From Candidatus Saccharimonadota bacterium (GTDB lineage: Bacteria; Patescibacteriota; Microgenomatia; UBA1406; GWC2-37-13), in the NCBI GenBank assembly GCA_016699265.1, contig CP064967.1, positions 600,001-632,000 of the forward strand: a DNA stretch of 32,000 nt, written 5' to 3'. The number at the start of each line of letters is the position of its first letter. Position 1 is the stretch's first letter. Below are positions 16,634 through 24,449 of this stretch, in pieces. The notes under the pieces were generated by a model. That model was not told where the DNA came from and searched no databases. It saw nothing but the letters and a program-made list of their open reading frames with translations. The position numbers and the translations under genes are program-made.

Positions 16634-17170
16634 TTATTTCTTAAATGGAATACCGAACGCTTCAAATAATTTCTTTCCTTGTTCTTTTGTCGTTGCGGTC
16701 GTAACTATTGTGACCTGTAAACCTCGCGATTTATCAATTCGATCAAACTCAATCTCTGGGAAAAGCGTTTGCTCTGTAAAACCAAGATTCATATTCCCAT
16801 AGGAATCAATAACGCTGTCGTCAATACCTCGAAAATCTCTCATTCGTGGCATTACAATACTAATCAATTTCTGCAAAAACTCATACATTGCGAAACCACG
16901 AAGCGTTACCTTTGCTCCGATTGGTAATCCTTTTCTAATCTTAAAGGCAGAAACTGATTTACGCGCTTTTGTGATAATTGGCTTTTGACCGCTTATCCAA
17001 CCTATTTGCTCTTGTATTTTATCAAGAACATTCTTATTTTGCACTGCCTCACCAGCTCCTACATTAATTACAACCTTTGTAATCTTTGGAACAGCCATTA
17101 CATTCTCTATCTTCAGATCTTCCTGAAGTTTCTTTTTTAGTTCTTTGTTATATCTATCTTTTAGTTCCAT
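16634..17170 (-). CDS. rplE: 50S ribosomal protein L5
   Basis: 178 aa; motifs [37 protein letters not shown] and [16 protein letters not shown]. Confidence 0.93.
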   Translation of the reverse strand: MELKDRYNKELKKKLQEDLKIENVMAVPKITKVVINVGAGEAVQNKNVLDKIQEQIGWISGQKPIITKARKSVSAFKIRKGLPIGAKVTLRGFAMYEFLQKLISIVMPRMRDFRGIDDSVIDSYGNMNLGFTEQTLFPEIEFDRIDKSRGLQVTIVTTATTKEQGKKLFEAFGIPFKK

Positions 17171-17222
17171 ATCGTTATTTTGAATTTTGAAATTTAAAAT
17201 TTGAAATCAATATAAAATTTAA

Positions 17223-17243
17223 AATGTTTAAAAATTAAACATT
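17223..17243. repeat. perfect 9-bp inverted repeat AATGTTTAA-aaa-TTAAACATT inside the AT-rich rplX-rplE spacer
   Basis: Read directly from 17223-17243. It lies inside a 110-nt spacer of nearly pure A/T (17171-17280). Confidence 0.6.
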
Positions 17244-17280
17244 AAAAATTGAATAAAAATTAAAAACTTCAAATTAAAAA

Positions 17281-17589
17281 TTACTTAAATGTCGCTTTAC
17301 ACTTTTTACAACTTCTAACCTTCTTACTTTTATCTAATTTAAATCCTACTCTGGTCGTTTTCTCGCATTTGGGACATATCAACATTACGGACGAAGACTG
17401 CACAGCTTTTGGAATATCTATTATCCCACCGTCTGGTAGTTCTTGATTTTTTTTAATATGTCTTTTAATTAAATTTATTCCTTGGATTAAGATCTTCTCC
17501 TGTTTTGGATAGACACGATCAATGACCCCATCCTTTCCTTTATCCTTACCAGCCATTATCCTAACTTTATCGCCTTTTCGTAGTTTCAT
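17281..17589 (-). CDS. rplX: 50S ribosomal protein L24 with a C-terminal CxxC...CxxC zinc-ribbon-like motif
   Basis: 102 aa; KOW region KLRKGDKVRIMAGKDKGKDGVI; C-terminal CPKCEKTTRVGF...SCKKCKATF. Confidence 0.9.
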   Translation of the reverse strand: MKLRKGDKVRIMAGKDKGKDGVIDRVYPKQEKILIQGINLIKRHIKKNQELPDGGIIDIPKAVQSSSVMLICPKCEKTTRVGFKLDKSKKVRSCKKCKATFK

Positions 17590-17637
17590 ATGTTTTATAT
17601 TTAATTTTTGCCCGCCAAAGACTTATGCGTCGGTGGG

Positions 17638-18012
17638 TTAGTAAATCTCCTCTGCTAAACTTGCAATTTTATTAAAACCTCTATCCTTAATTTCTTTTGC
17701 AATCGGGCCAAATATACGAGTTCCTCTTGGATCAGGAGTCTCTTTAGCTACCAAAATCACACATGCATTATCGTCAAATCTAATATAGCTTCCGTCTTTT
17801 CTTCTCTTCTCTTTTCTTGTTCTGACAATTACAGCTGGCACAACCTCTCCCTTTTTAACCTGTGCGTAAGGAATTGCTGCCTTGATTACAACCATAATCA
17901 CATCGCCAATAGAGGCAATGAGCAAATTACCCTTCCGGGGTAACCCGATCATCTGGACCAACTTTGCGCCGGTGTTATCGGCCACATGCAACATTGTTCT
18001 TAGTTGAATCAT
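17638..18012 (-). CDS. rplN: 50S ribosomal protein L14
   Basis: 124 aa; [17 protein letters not shown]...[10 protein letters not shown]...[11 protein letters not shown]. Confidence 0.94.
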   Translation of the reverse strand: MIQLRTMLHVADNTGAKLVQMIGLPRKGNLLIASIGDVIMVVIKAAIPYAQVKKGEVVPAVIVRTRKEKRRKDGSYIRFDDNACVILVAKETPDPRGTRIFGPIAKEIKDRGFNKIASLAEEIY

Positions 18013-18239
18013 ATTTTTTTAGTTACGTTAAAATGAACAGTTTTTGAGATTGGTCTTGTTTCTGTAATCTCAACCACATCCCCCAATTTCAAATCCGCTA
18101 TCTCGTTATGCGCTTTATATGTCCGATGCGTTGTCACAACTTTTTTATAGATCCTGTGTCTCATTCTGCTTACTACCCTGATGACGATCGTTTTATTCAT
18201 TTTTATTGAGGTGACGGTACCGGTAAATGACTGTGCCAT
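18009..18239 (-). CDS. rpsQ: 30S ribosomal protein S17
   Basis: 76 aa; [16 protein letters not shown]...[16 protein letters not shown]...[15 protein letters not shown]; its stop overlaps the rplN start by 4 nt. Confidence 0.92.
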   Translation of the reverse strand: MAQSFTGTVTSIKMNKTIVIRVVSRMRHRIYKKVVTTHRTYKAHNEIADLKLGDVVEITETRPISKTVHFNVTKKI

Positions 18240-18241
18240 AA

Positions 18242-18463
18242 TTATTTTTGACCTGAGGTCGATCCTCTATTGGAGGATTTTTGATTCAAAACTGTTAAAA
18301 TAACTGCTATCTGTTTTCGTTTTTTCATGTTTGTATTTGTGTCTTTTTGAGGAGCCATTTTGCTCTCAAGTTCTGATTTAATAATTTCTTTACGCAACTG
18401 AGCTAGCTCTTTATGAAGCTCTATTTCCGTCTTTTGTGTAATTTTTGTAACTTCTTTTTTCAT
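18242..18463 (-). CDS. rpmC: 50S ribosomal protein L29 with a C-terminal extension
   Basis: MKKEVTKITQKTEIELHKELAQLRKEIIKSELE... is an L29-type helix. I prefer the start at 18463 (73 aa) to the track start at 18505, which overlaps rplP. The tail ...SSNRGSTSGQK is encoded by a double-hairpin repeat. Confidence 0.85.
   Translation of the reverse strand: MKKEVTKITQKTEIELHKELAQLRKEIIKSELESKMAPQKDTNTNMKKRKQIAVILTVLNQKSSNRGSTSGQK
18250..18278. repeat. double hairpin GACC-tga-GGTC / ATCCTC-tattg-GAGGAT inside the 3' end of rpmC (encodes SSNRGSTSGQ)
   Basis: Read directly. It shares the exact 15-mer gacctgaggtcgatc with the rplQ copy, while the second stem differs in sequence but still pairs. Confidence 0.7.
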
Positions 18464-18491
18464 ATATTTTATCCTGAACTTGATGTGCGGA

Positions 18492-18899
18492 TTATTCTTT
18501 TGCAATAAACTTTGTATTTACTGAAAGTTTTGATGACACAACTCTAAAAACTTCTCGAGCCTCTGTTTCAGGTAACCCATCTATTTCAAACAGCATTCTT
18601 CCCGGCGTAACGGATGCAACAAAATGTGAGACGTCTCCTTTTCCAGATCCCATCGTTACCTCTGGGGGTTTTTTCGTAAATGGCTTATCAGGAAAAATCC
18701 GAACCCAAAATTTTCCTGCTTTTCGTGTTGCCCGTGCCAATACAACTCTACAAGACTCTATCTCTCGATCTTTGATCCACGCTGCCTCGATTGACTTTAA
18801 ACCAGTTGAACCAAAGTTAAGATCTCCACCCTTGACGGCGATTCTTCTCCACGTTCCTCTAAACTGCTTTCGATATTTTTGTCGTTTTGGGGCTAACAT
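18492..18899 (-). CDS. rplP: 50S ribosomal protein L16
   Basis: 135 aa; MLAPKRQKYRKQFRG N-terminus and IWVRIFPDKPFTKKPPEVTMGSGKG. Confidence 0.94.
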   Translation of the reverse strand: MLAPKRQKYRKQFRGTWRRIAVKGGDLNFGSTGLKSIEAAWIKDREIESCRVVLARATRKAGKFWVRIFPDKPFTKKPPEVTMGSGKGDVSHFVASVTPGRMLFEIDGLPETEAREVFRVVSSKLSVNTKFIAKE

Positions 18900-18901
18900 A
18901 G

Positions 18902-19546
18902 TTATTTACAGATCCAAACCTTAACTCCGATATAACCTGATTTTGTCAATGCTGGGTATGCTATAAAGTCAACGTCTTCTCGAATTGTAGAGGTGGGAAC
19001 GGTTCCCAAGAAGTACTTCTCTCGTCTAGAAATTTCGGCTCCCTGAATTCTTCCACCTAACTGAATCTTAATTCCCTTTGCTCCCGACTCCATAACTCTA
19101 CTCATCGTGTTGTGAACCACACCCCTATGAGGAAAGTTTTTCACTAATTTTTCTGCAATTGTCTGCGCAACATATCGAGAACTAAGATAAGGTTTCTTTA
19201 CCGGTTCAATTCTTAGATCTACTTTCGTTTCCTTATTTTTCTTAGTTTTAGATTCGTTTAAGTACTGCATTATTACCTTTTTTACATCCTCAAGTCCCTT
19301 ACCTCCACGACCGATTATCATTCCTGGTTTGACCGCATATATAATGACAGTAATTTTATTGATCGCTCTTTCAATAATGACGCTGGTAACTGAAGCAAAA
19401 GTAAACTTCTCATAAATAGTTTCTCTAATTTTTATGTCAGAGATGAGGGTGTCTTTAAACTGTTTCCTTTTACTAAAAAACCATCTGGAATCCCAGTTAT
19501 AAATAACCCCTGTTCGTAAACCTTTTGGATTAACTTTTTGTCCCAT
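18902..19546 (-). CDS. rpsC: 30S ribosomal protein S3
   Basis: 214 aa; MGQKVNPKGLRTGV, KH domain IIGRGGKGLE, LGGRIQGAEISR. Confidence 0.94.
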   Translation of the reverse strand: MGQKVNPKGLRTGVIYNWDSRWFFSKRKQFKDTLISDIKIRETIYEKFTFASVTSVIIERAINKITVIIYAVKPGMIIGRGGKGLEDVKKVIMQYLNESKTKKNKETKVDLRIEPVKKPYLSSRYVAQTIAEKLVKNFPHRGVVHNTMSRVMESGAKGIKIQLGGRIQGAEISRREKYFLGTVPTSTIREDVDFIAYPALTKSGYIGVKVWICK

Positions 19547-19582
19547 GTATTAAATTAAAAATTCAAAGTGAAAAATTCAAAA

Positions 19583-20068
19583 TTATTTTTCTGCTTTTGG
19601 TTCTTTGGTTGCATTTTTAACTTTTAACTTTGTACTTTTAACTTCTTTTAGCTCCGTCTTTTTTACTTCAGTCTCCACGGGCTCTGTCTCCGACTTTATA
19701 GACTTTACGGACTTTATTGACTTGTCAGTATTATCTCCTGTGGTTAAAACCAACTTAATATGAGAATATTCATGCCTAAAAGGCTTGGCCATTCCTTTCG
19801 AGCCAGCTCTAAATCTCTTAAGTCGAAGTCCTTCCTCAATTGCGACAGACTTAAATTGTAACAAACCTGAATCAATATTCATAGTGTTCTTAGCATTGGA
19901 AAGGGCTGAACTAATTGCTTTTCTTAAGAAAGTTGCGCCCTTTTTTTGTGTATACATAAGTGTATGAACAGCCTGTACTGGGCTCTGCTTCTTCACGTTA
20001 CTCACTAAAAATCTCAATTTTTTTGGTGAAATCTTAACGTTTTTTATATAGACCTTAAAATCACTCAT
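19583..20068 (-). CDS. rplV: 50S ribosomal protein L22 with a long Lys/Ser/Glu-rich C-terminal tail
   Basis: 161 aa; the core ISPKKLRFLVSNVKKQSPVQAVHTL...RFRAGSKGMAKPFRHEYSHIKLVL is L22; the tail is partly encoded by a 9-nt tandem repeat. Confidence 0.9.
   Translation of the reverse strand: MSDFKVYIKNVKISPKKLRFLVSNVKKQSPVQAVHTLMYTQKKGATFLRKAISSALSNAKNTMNIDSGLLQFKSVAIEEGLRLKRFRAGSKGMAKPFRHEYSHIKLVLTTGDNTDKSIKSVKSIKSETEPVETEVKKTELKEVKSTKLKVKNATKEPKAEK
19692..19727. repeat. four tandem 9-nt units (gactttata/gactttacg/gactttatt/gacttgtca) inside the rplV tail
   Basis: Read directly. On the coding strand it gives the periodic peptide DKSIKSVKSIKSE. The same gactttat motif array occurs in the non-coding adk-rpmG spacer (12263-12300). 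Confidence 0.7.
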
Positions 20069-20074
20069 ATGTGT

Positions 20075-20824
20075 TTATATACTTCTTCTTTTAACAATAT
20101 AACGGTTACTCCACTTAACCTTTGGACGAGTTCTCGTTCCTCTTGCTGACTTACCCCAAGGCGTCTTTGGATGCATACCTTCTCCAGACTTACCTTCTCC
20201 TCCACCATGTGGATGGCTTCTTGGATCTTGAGCAACTCCTCGGACCGTTGGTCTAATACCCATTCTTCTCTTTCTTCCAGCTGTTCCAATGAGCTCATCT
20301 TTATGCTCAATGTTTCCTACCATTCCTACTGTTGCTCTACAGTCCAGCAAAAACAGTCTGATTGAACCGGAAGGTAACTTTATCTGTGCGTAGCTCTCAT
20401 CCTTAGCAACAACGATTGCTGTTCCTCCTGCACCACGCACCATCTTTCCACCCTGTCCAGGTCGAAGCTCGATATTGTGGACTCCGGTACCAATTGGGAT
20501 GTTCCTTAAAGGCGCGGCGTTTCCAGTCATCATTTCTGGATTATCTGATGAAATAACCTTATCTCCAACCTTAAGATCTTTAGGTTGAAGTATGTATCTT
20601 TTTTCACCGTCCGCGTACTCAACAAGACTAATTCTGGAATTTCTATTTGGATCGTACTCTACTGTCAATACAGTACCAACAACATCAAATTTATCTCTCT
20701 TAAAATCAATAATACGATAGTAACGTTTATGTCTACCACCCTGATGACGTACCGAGATCGACCCGGTCGCGTCTCTTCCTGAGTGCTTCTTAAGAATTTC
20801 TATTAGATGTTTCGCTGGTTTCAT
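20075..20824 (-). CDS. rplB: 50S ribosomal protein L2, with a short N-terminus
   Basis: 249 aa; motifs RHQGGRHKRYYRIIDFKR, YDPNRNSRISLV, GQGGKMVRGAGG and HPHGGGEGKS. It starts only 5 nt after the rplW stop, so the usual N-terminal KPTxPGRR segment has no coding room. Confidence 0.92.
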   Translation of the reverse strand: MKPAKHLIEILKKHSGRDATGSISVRHQGGRHKRYYRIIDFKRDKFDVVGTVLTVEYDPNRNSRISLVEYADGEKRYILQPKDLKVGDKVISSDNPEMMTGNAAPLRNIPIGTGVHNIELRPGQGGKMVRGAGGTAIVVAKDESYAQIKLPSGSIRLFLLDCRATVGMVGNIEHKDELIGTAGRKRRMGIRPTVRGVAQDPRSHPHGGGEGKSGEGMHPKTPWGKSARGTRTRPKVKWSNRYIVKRRSI

Positions 20825-20829
20825 ATAAA

Positions 20830-21111
20830 TTACGCTTTTGGAAATATATCAATTTCACCTTCTTTTAAGGTTACTAATGCGATTTTGTAATCTGGCTTCT
20901 TCAATGTTTGCATTTTTTTTCCTACTCGTTGCTCTTTTCCTTTTCGGACAGAGACTCGAACTGCAGAAACCTTAACTCCATAGACCAATTCTACTGTTTG
21001 CTTTACTGCGTGCTTATTTGCGTAAGAATCAACAACAAACGTATAAACCTTTGATTTGGTTAACTGCGTTGATTTTTCGGTAATAAGTGGCTGAATTAGG
21101 GTTTGTTTCAT
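20830..21111 (-). CDS. rplW: 50S ribosomal protein L23
   Basis: 93 aa; PLITEKSTQL...YTFVVDSYANKHAVKQTVELVYGVKV; canonical position. Confidence 0.92.
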   Translation of the reverse strand: MKQTLIQPLITEKSTQLTKSKVYTFVVDSYANKHAVKQTVELVYGVKVSAVRVSVRKGKEQRVGKKMQTLKKPDYKIALVTLKEGEIDIFPKA

Positions 21112-21869
21112 GTTGTTTTTTTACCCTGAACTTGCTGAACGGGTGGATAGAAATGATCAACTAATGTCTTTATTGTCGACTCGAAAAGTACGATCTTTCT
21201 AGCGCGTAATATTTCGTATGCATTGAGCGACTTTGCCTCAATTGAGGACGCAGACTGAATGTTTCGAGAGGCCCTCATAAATGCCTGAGTTTTTTCTCCC
21301 GGCATAATAAAGAGAACTCCTTTGTCTGCTAAACCTGAATCTTTAAGAAACTTTGCAAAGTTCTTGGTCTTCGGTTCCATTCCAAGAACAGTATCCAGAA
21401 CTCCACTTATCTTTTTCTCCTTGAGAGAGTAAGAAAGTGCGCTTACTAAGGCAAGCTTTTTCTGCTTCTTATTCATTGAAAGAGCGAAGATTCTTGGTTT
21501 TGGTCCAAAGGTTATGCCTCCTCCAACAAAAATAGGAGCCTTCTTCGCTCCATGTCTTGCCCGTCCGGTTCCTTTCTGTCGATAAATTTTTCTTGTTGAT
21601 CCTCTAACCTCACTTCTAGTCTTTGTGGAGACCGTCCCTTGACGTTGATTTGTAAGATAGATGTGCACGTACTGCTGCATCAGTGCGTCATTTACCTTAC
21701 CACCAAACAACTCTTTAGGAAGTTGCATCGATCCCACCTCTTTTCCCAACTTATCGATGAGGCCAAGAGTCAGACTAGATGATGCTGGCTTTGGCGCAGT
21801 TGTTTTTTTAGCCACTGCGGTTTTTGCTGAATTGGTTGTCGCTGTTTTTGTCTTTTCTATAGTTGCCAT
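21108..21869 (-). CDS. rplD: 50S ribosomal protein L4 with an Ala/Thr/Lys-rich N-terminal extension
   Basis: 253 aa; RSEVRGSTRKIYRQKGTGRARHGAKKAPIFVGGGITFGPKPR. Confidence 0.93.
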   Translation of the reverse strand: MATIEKTKTATTNSAKTAVAKKTTAPKPASSSLTLGLIDKLGKEVGSMQLPKELFGGKVNDALMQQYVHIYLTNQRQGTVSTKTRSEVRGSTRKIYRQKGTGRARHGAKKAPIFVGGGITFGPKPRIFALSMNKKQKKLALVSALSYSLKEKKISGVLDTVLGMEPKTKNFAKFLKDSGLADKGVLFIMPGEKTQAFMRASRNIQSASSIEAKSLNAYEILRARKIVLFESTIKTLVDHFYPPVQQVQGKKTT

Positions 21870-21871
21870 AG

Positions 21872-22528
21872 TTATGAGTTTGAAACAATACTAATTAATG
21901 CAGTTCTCGCTCCGGGAATCAGACCTTTCACAATTATTTGGTCATCGGAAACTCCCATCACCATTAATCCCTTTACACTGACTCGGTCATTTCCCATTCT
22001 CCCAGCCATTCTTTTTCCTTTATCAACTCGTCCAGGAGTAGTGGTCTGTCCGATTGATCCAGGAGCTCTCCATCTATCTGACTGACCATGAGTCTTCGGA
22101 CCTCCGGCAAAACCATGCCTTTTAACTACGCCCTGAAATCCTTTACCTTTTGAGATTCCGGTAACAGTCACAAGCTCTCCTTCTTTAAAGATTGCGTTTG
22201 GCTTGATCTGATCTCCTACAACTATTTTGAATTCTCCGAGAGTTAAGGTTTTTTTACCATTTTCATCAGCGATTGAAGCGTCTTTCAATTTGTTCAGCTT
22301 GATTTCTCTAAAAAAACGAAGCGGGGTCTCTATCCCCGCCTTTTTAAGTTCTCCGACCTGTGGTTTTTTGACGTTTTTACCACGACCGAAGCCTAGCTTA
22401 ATTGAGGTATCTGTCAGACCAATGCAGTAGCATGAAGCGGACTTAATGGTTGTTGTTGGAACACGAACACCATCAGAGGTGAATTGTTGAGATTGGTGAG
22501 CTTTCTCGCCAAGAATATATCCTGACAT
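21872..22528 (-). CDS. rplC: 50S ribosomal protein L3
   Basis: 218 aa; VTGISKGKGFQGVVKRHGFAGGPKTHGQSDRWRAPGSIG...PGRVDKGKRMAGRMG. Confidence 0.93.
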   Translation of the reverse strand: MSGYILGEKAHQSQQFTSDGVRVPTTTIKSASCYCIGLTDTSIKLGFGRGKNVKKPQVGELKKAGIETPLRFFREIKLNKLKDASIADENGKKTLTLGEFKIVVGDQIKPNAIFKEGELVTVTGISKGKGFQGVVKRHGFAGGPKTHGQSDRWRAPGSIGQTTTPGRVDKGKRMAGRMGNDRVSVKGLMVMGVSDDQIIVKGLIPGARTALISIVSNS

Positions 22529-22546
22529 AATTGTGCTTTAGTTAAT

Positions 22547-22570
22547 AAAAAAAGACCCCAGACTGAGGCC
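22547..22570 (-). terminator. intrinsic-terminator-like hairpin plus U7, 18 nt upstream of the rplC start codon
   Basis: The minus-strand RNA reads GGCCUC-AGUCU-GGGGUC-UUUUUUU: a 6-bp stem (4 GC plus 2 GU), a 5-nt loop and seven U. The plus strand shows aaaaaaa-gacccc-agact-gaggcc at 22547-22570. Confidence 0.5.
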
Positions 22571-22640
22571 CATCCCGTGGAACCAATCTGTGGAGTATTA
22601 CTGAATACCAGTCCTGACACTACGAATAGTCATTAACGTA

Positions 22641-22669
22641 ATTATATAGCACGCTCGGATGTAATTCAA
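22641..22669 (-). promoter_or_regulatory. sigma70-like promoter between rpsJ and rplC (TTGAAT-17 nt-TATAAT)
   Basis: The minus strand reads TTGAAT (22664-22669), a 17-nt spacer, then TATAAT (22641-22646). It begins 31 nt after the rpsJ stop. Confidence 0.5.
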
Positions 22670-22699
22670 CTCTAAGCGATCAAGAATGAGTATACATCT

Positions 22700-23008
22700 T
22701 CACCTCAACTCACCTCTTCCTACGCCGGCTGGAAGTTCAAGATGCATGAGAGAATCAATGGTTTGATTAGTGGGACCTTCGATATCAAGAATTCGCTTAT
22801 GAGTCTGCATCCCAAAGTGTTCACGAGCATCCTTATCAATAAATGGCGACTTATTGACCACGAATACCTCCTTCTTCGTTGGAAGAGGTATCGGACCAAT
22901 AATCGAGGCACCCGTCTTGATAGCGGTGTCCACTATCTTCTGACAGGTGTCATCGATTAATCGATGATCATAAGACTTTAGTTTGATACGAATACGTCCT
23001 TTGGGCAT
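22700..23008 (-). CDS. rpsJ: 30S ribosomal protein S10
   Basis: 102 aa; [60 protein letters not shown]. Confidence 0.94.
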   Translation of the reverse strand: MPKGRIRIKLKSYDHRLIDDTCQKIVDTAIKTGASIIGPIPLPTKKEVFVVNKSPFIDKDAREHFGMQTHKRILDIEGPTNQTIDSLMHLELPAGVGRGELR

Positions 23009-23047
23009 AATATAAATGTGCGAACTTAGCTCTCAGTTGTCGGATTT

Positions 23048-23071
23048 CAGTGGTCAGATTGCTGACAACTG
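23048..23071. repeat. hairpin CAGTgGTCAG-attg-CTGACaACTG at the centre of a TCAG/CTGA motif array (tuf-rpsJ spacer)
   Basis: Read directly. On the minus strand the spacer starts with 7-nt periodic units TCAGacg TCAGcag TCAGttg TCAGcaa, followed by CTGA units. No U-tract follows the hairpin. Confidence 0.5.
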
Positions 23072-23086
23072 ACTGCTGACGTCTGA

Positions 23087-24274
23087 TTACTTGGTGACTT
23101 TAGTTACGACTCCAGCGCCGACTGTGTGGCCACCTTCGCGAATAGCGAACTTAAGACCATCTTCCATAGCGACTGGGTAGATCAGCTTTGCTGAGATCTT
23201 GATGCTGTCTCCAGGCATAACCATCTCTACTCCTTCTGGTAGGGTGACTTCTCCCGTTACATCAGTTGTTCTGATGTAGAACTGAGGTCGATAACCCTTA
23301 AAGAATGGGCTGTGTCGTCCACCTTCTTCTTTTGTAAGAACGTAGATCTCAGCCTCAAACTCAGTGTGAGGAGTAACTGTTCCTGGTTTTGCGATGACCT
23401 GCCCTCTTTGGACGTCGGTCTTCTCAATACCTCTAAGAAGTAAGCCTGTGTTGTCACCTGCTCGTGCCTCATCAAGAGACTTTCTGAACATCTCGATTCC
23501 GGTTACAACAGTCTTCTTTCCACTCTTGGAAAGTCCGACAATCTCCACCTCTTCATTGACCTTCAAAACACCTCTCTCTACACGTCCGGTTACGACTGTT
23601 CCGCGACCCATGATGGTAAAGACGTCTTCGACAGGCATTAAGAATGGCTTATCGATGTCTCGTACTGGATCAGGAACATAGTCATCCACTGCCTGCATAA
23701 GGTCTTCAATGGCCTTGGTTGCATCAGCATCTCCTTCAAGAGCTTTAACAGATGATCCCTTAATAACAGGTACTTCATCACCTGGATATCCGTACTTCTT
23801 CAAAAGGTCTCGGACTTCCATCTCGACGAGTTCGAGAATTTCTTTATCCTGAACCATGTCGCACTTATTTAAGTAAACGACAATTGCAGGAACGTTTACC
23901 TGTTTTGCAAGAAGAATATGCTCTCGTGTCTGAGGCATTGGACCGTCAGGAGCAGATACAACTAAAATTGCACCGTCCATCTGAGCGGCACCTGTGATCA
24001 TGTTCTTAATATAATCAGCATGACCTGGAGCATCTATGTGTGCATAGTGACGCTTTAAGGTCTCATACTCAGAGTGATGAATGTTAATTGTAACTCCACG
24101 AGCTTTTTCCTCTGGAGCTTTATCAATCTCTTCATACTTCATCGCCTTTGCAAGACCTTTTTTCGAAAGGACGAAGTGAATTGCTGATGTGGTTGTGGTC
24201 TTACCATGATCAACGTGACCAATAGTACCAATGTTCAAATGAGGTTTGTTTCTTTGAAAAACACCTTCTGCCAT
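23087..24274 (-). CDS. tuf: translation elongation factor Tu
   Basis: 395 aa; G1 [10 protein letters not shown]3 DAPGH, G4 NKCD, plus conserved domains II and III. Confidence 0.97.
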   Translation of the reverse strand: MAEGVFQRNKPHLNIGTIGHVDHGKTTTTSAIHFVLSKKGLAKAMKYEEIDKAPEEKARGVTINIHHSEYETLKRHYAHIDAPGHADYIKNMITGAAQMDGAILVVSAPDGPMPQTREHILLAKQVNVPAIVVYLNKCDMVQDKEILELVEMEVRDLLKKYGYPGDEVPVIKGSSVKALEGDADATKAIEDLMQAVDDYVPDPVRDIDKPFLMPVEDVFTIMGRGTVVTGRVERGVLKVNEEVEIVGLSKSGKKTVVTGIEMFRKSLDEARAGDNTGLLLRGIEKTDVQRGQVIAKPGTVTPHTEFEAEIYVLTKEEGGRHSPFFKGYRPQFYIRTTDVTGEVTLPEGVEMVMPGDSIKISAKLIYPVAMEDGLKFAIREGGHTVGAGVVTKVTK

Positions 24275-24325
24275 ATTAGTTAAATAGTATAAAAAATAAT
24301 AATAAAACCGACCAATGTCGAAAAA

Positions 24326-24372
24326 TCACCCAGAGGGTGATCGCCTTTTAGGCGAAATCTCTGCAAAAGCAG
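24326..24372. repeat. three consecutive small hairpins (TCACCC-aga-GGGTGA, TCGCC-tttta-GGCGA, CTGC-aaaa-GCAG) in the tuf/helicase divergent spacer
   Basis: Read directly. The reverse complement of 24326-24355 (tcgcctaaaaggcgatcaccctctgggtga) aligns to helicase-internal 24936-24965 (tcgcccaaagggcgatccccctctggggga) at about 25 of 30 positions. Confidence 0.65.
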
Positions 24373-24434
24373 TTACCTTCTATAATACTTCCCAGCTACT
24401 CAAAAATCAAGTGGTATTTGAGTCTTTTTTCATC

Positions 24435-24443
24435 TGATACAAT
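24435..24443 (+). promoter_or_regulatory. extended -10 element TGaTACAAT ending 6 nt before the helicase ATG
   Basis: TG at 24435-24436, TACAAT at 24438-24443, ATG at 24450. No Shine-Dalgarno sequence in the 6-nt gap. Confidence 0.4.
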
Positions 24444-24449
24444 GACACC

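Noticed and set aside
20065-20310. 81-aa ORF overlapping rplB, and similar overlapping or antisense ORFs within well-supported genes (for example 933..1157, 1315..1605, 7827..8054, 9115..9315, 21661..21894, 22720..22911, 23257..23475, 23394..23681, 31067..31285)
   Set aside because: All lie inside strongly supported conserved genes in another frame or strand, have no recognisable family features and have odd composition. They are typical shadow ORFs.
22529-22699. Possible tRNA or other structured RNA gene in the unusually long rpsJ-rplC spacer
   Set aside because: I could not fit a cloverleaf on either strand. There is no GTTCRANYC-type T-loop flanked by complementary arms and no acceptor stem pairing. 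The promoter, leader and terminator reading explains the region better.
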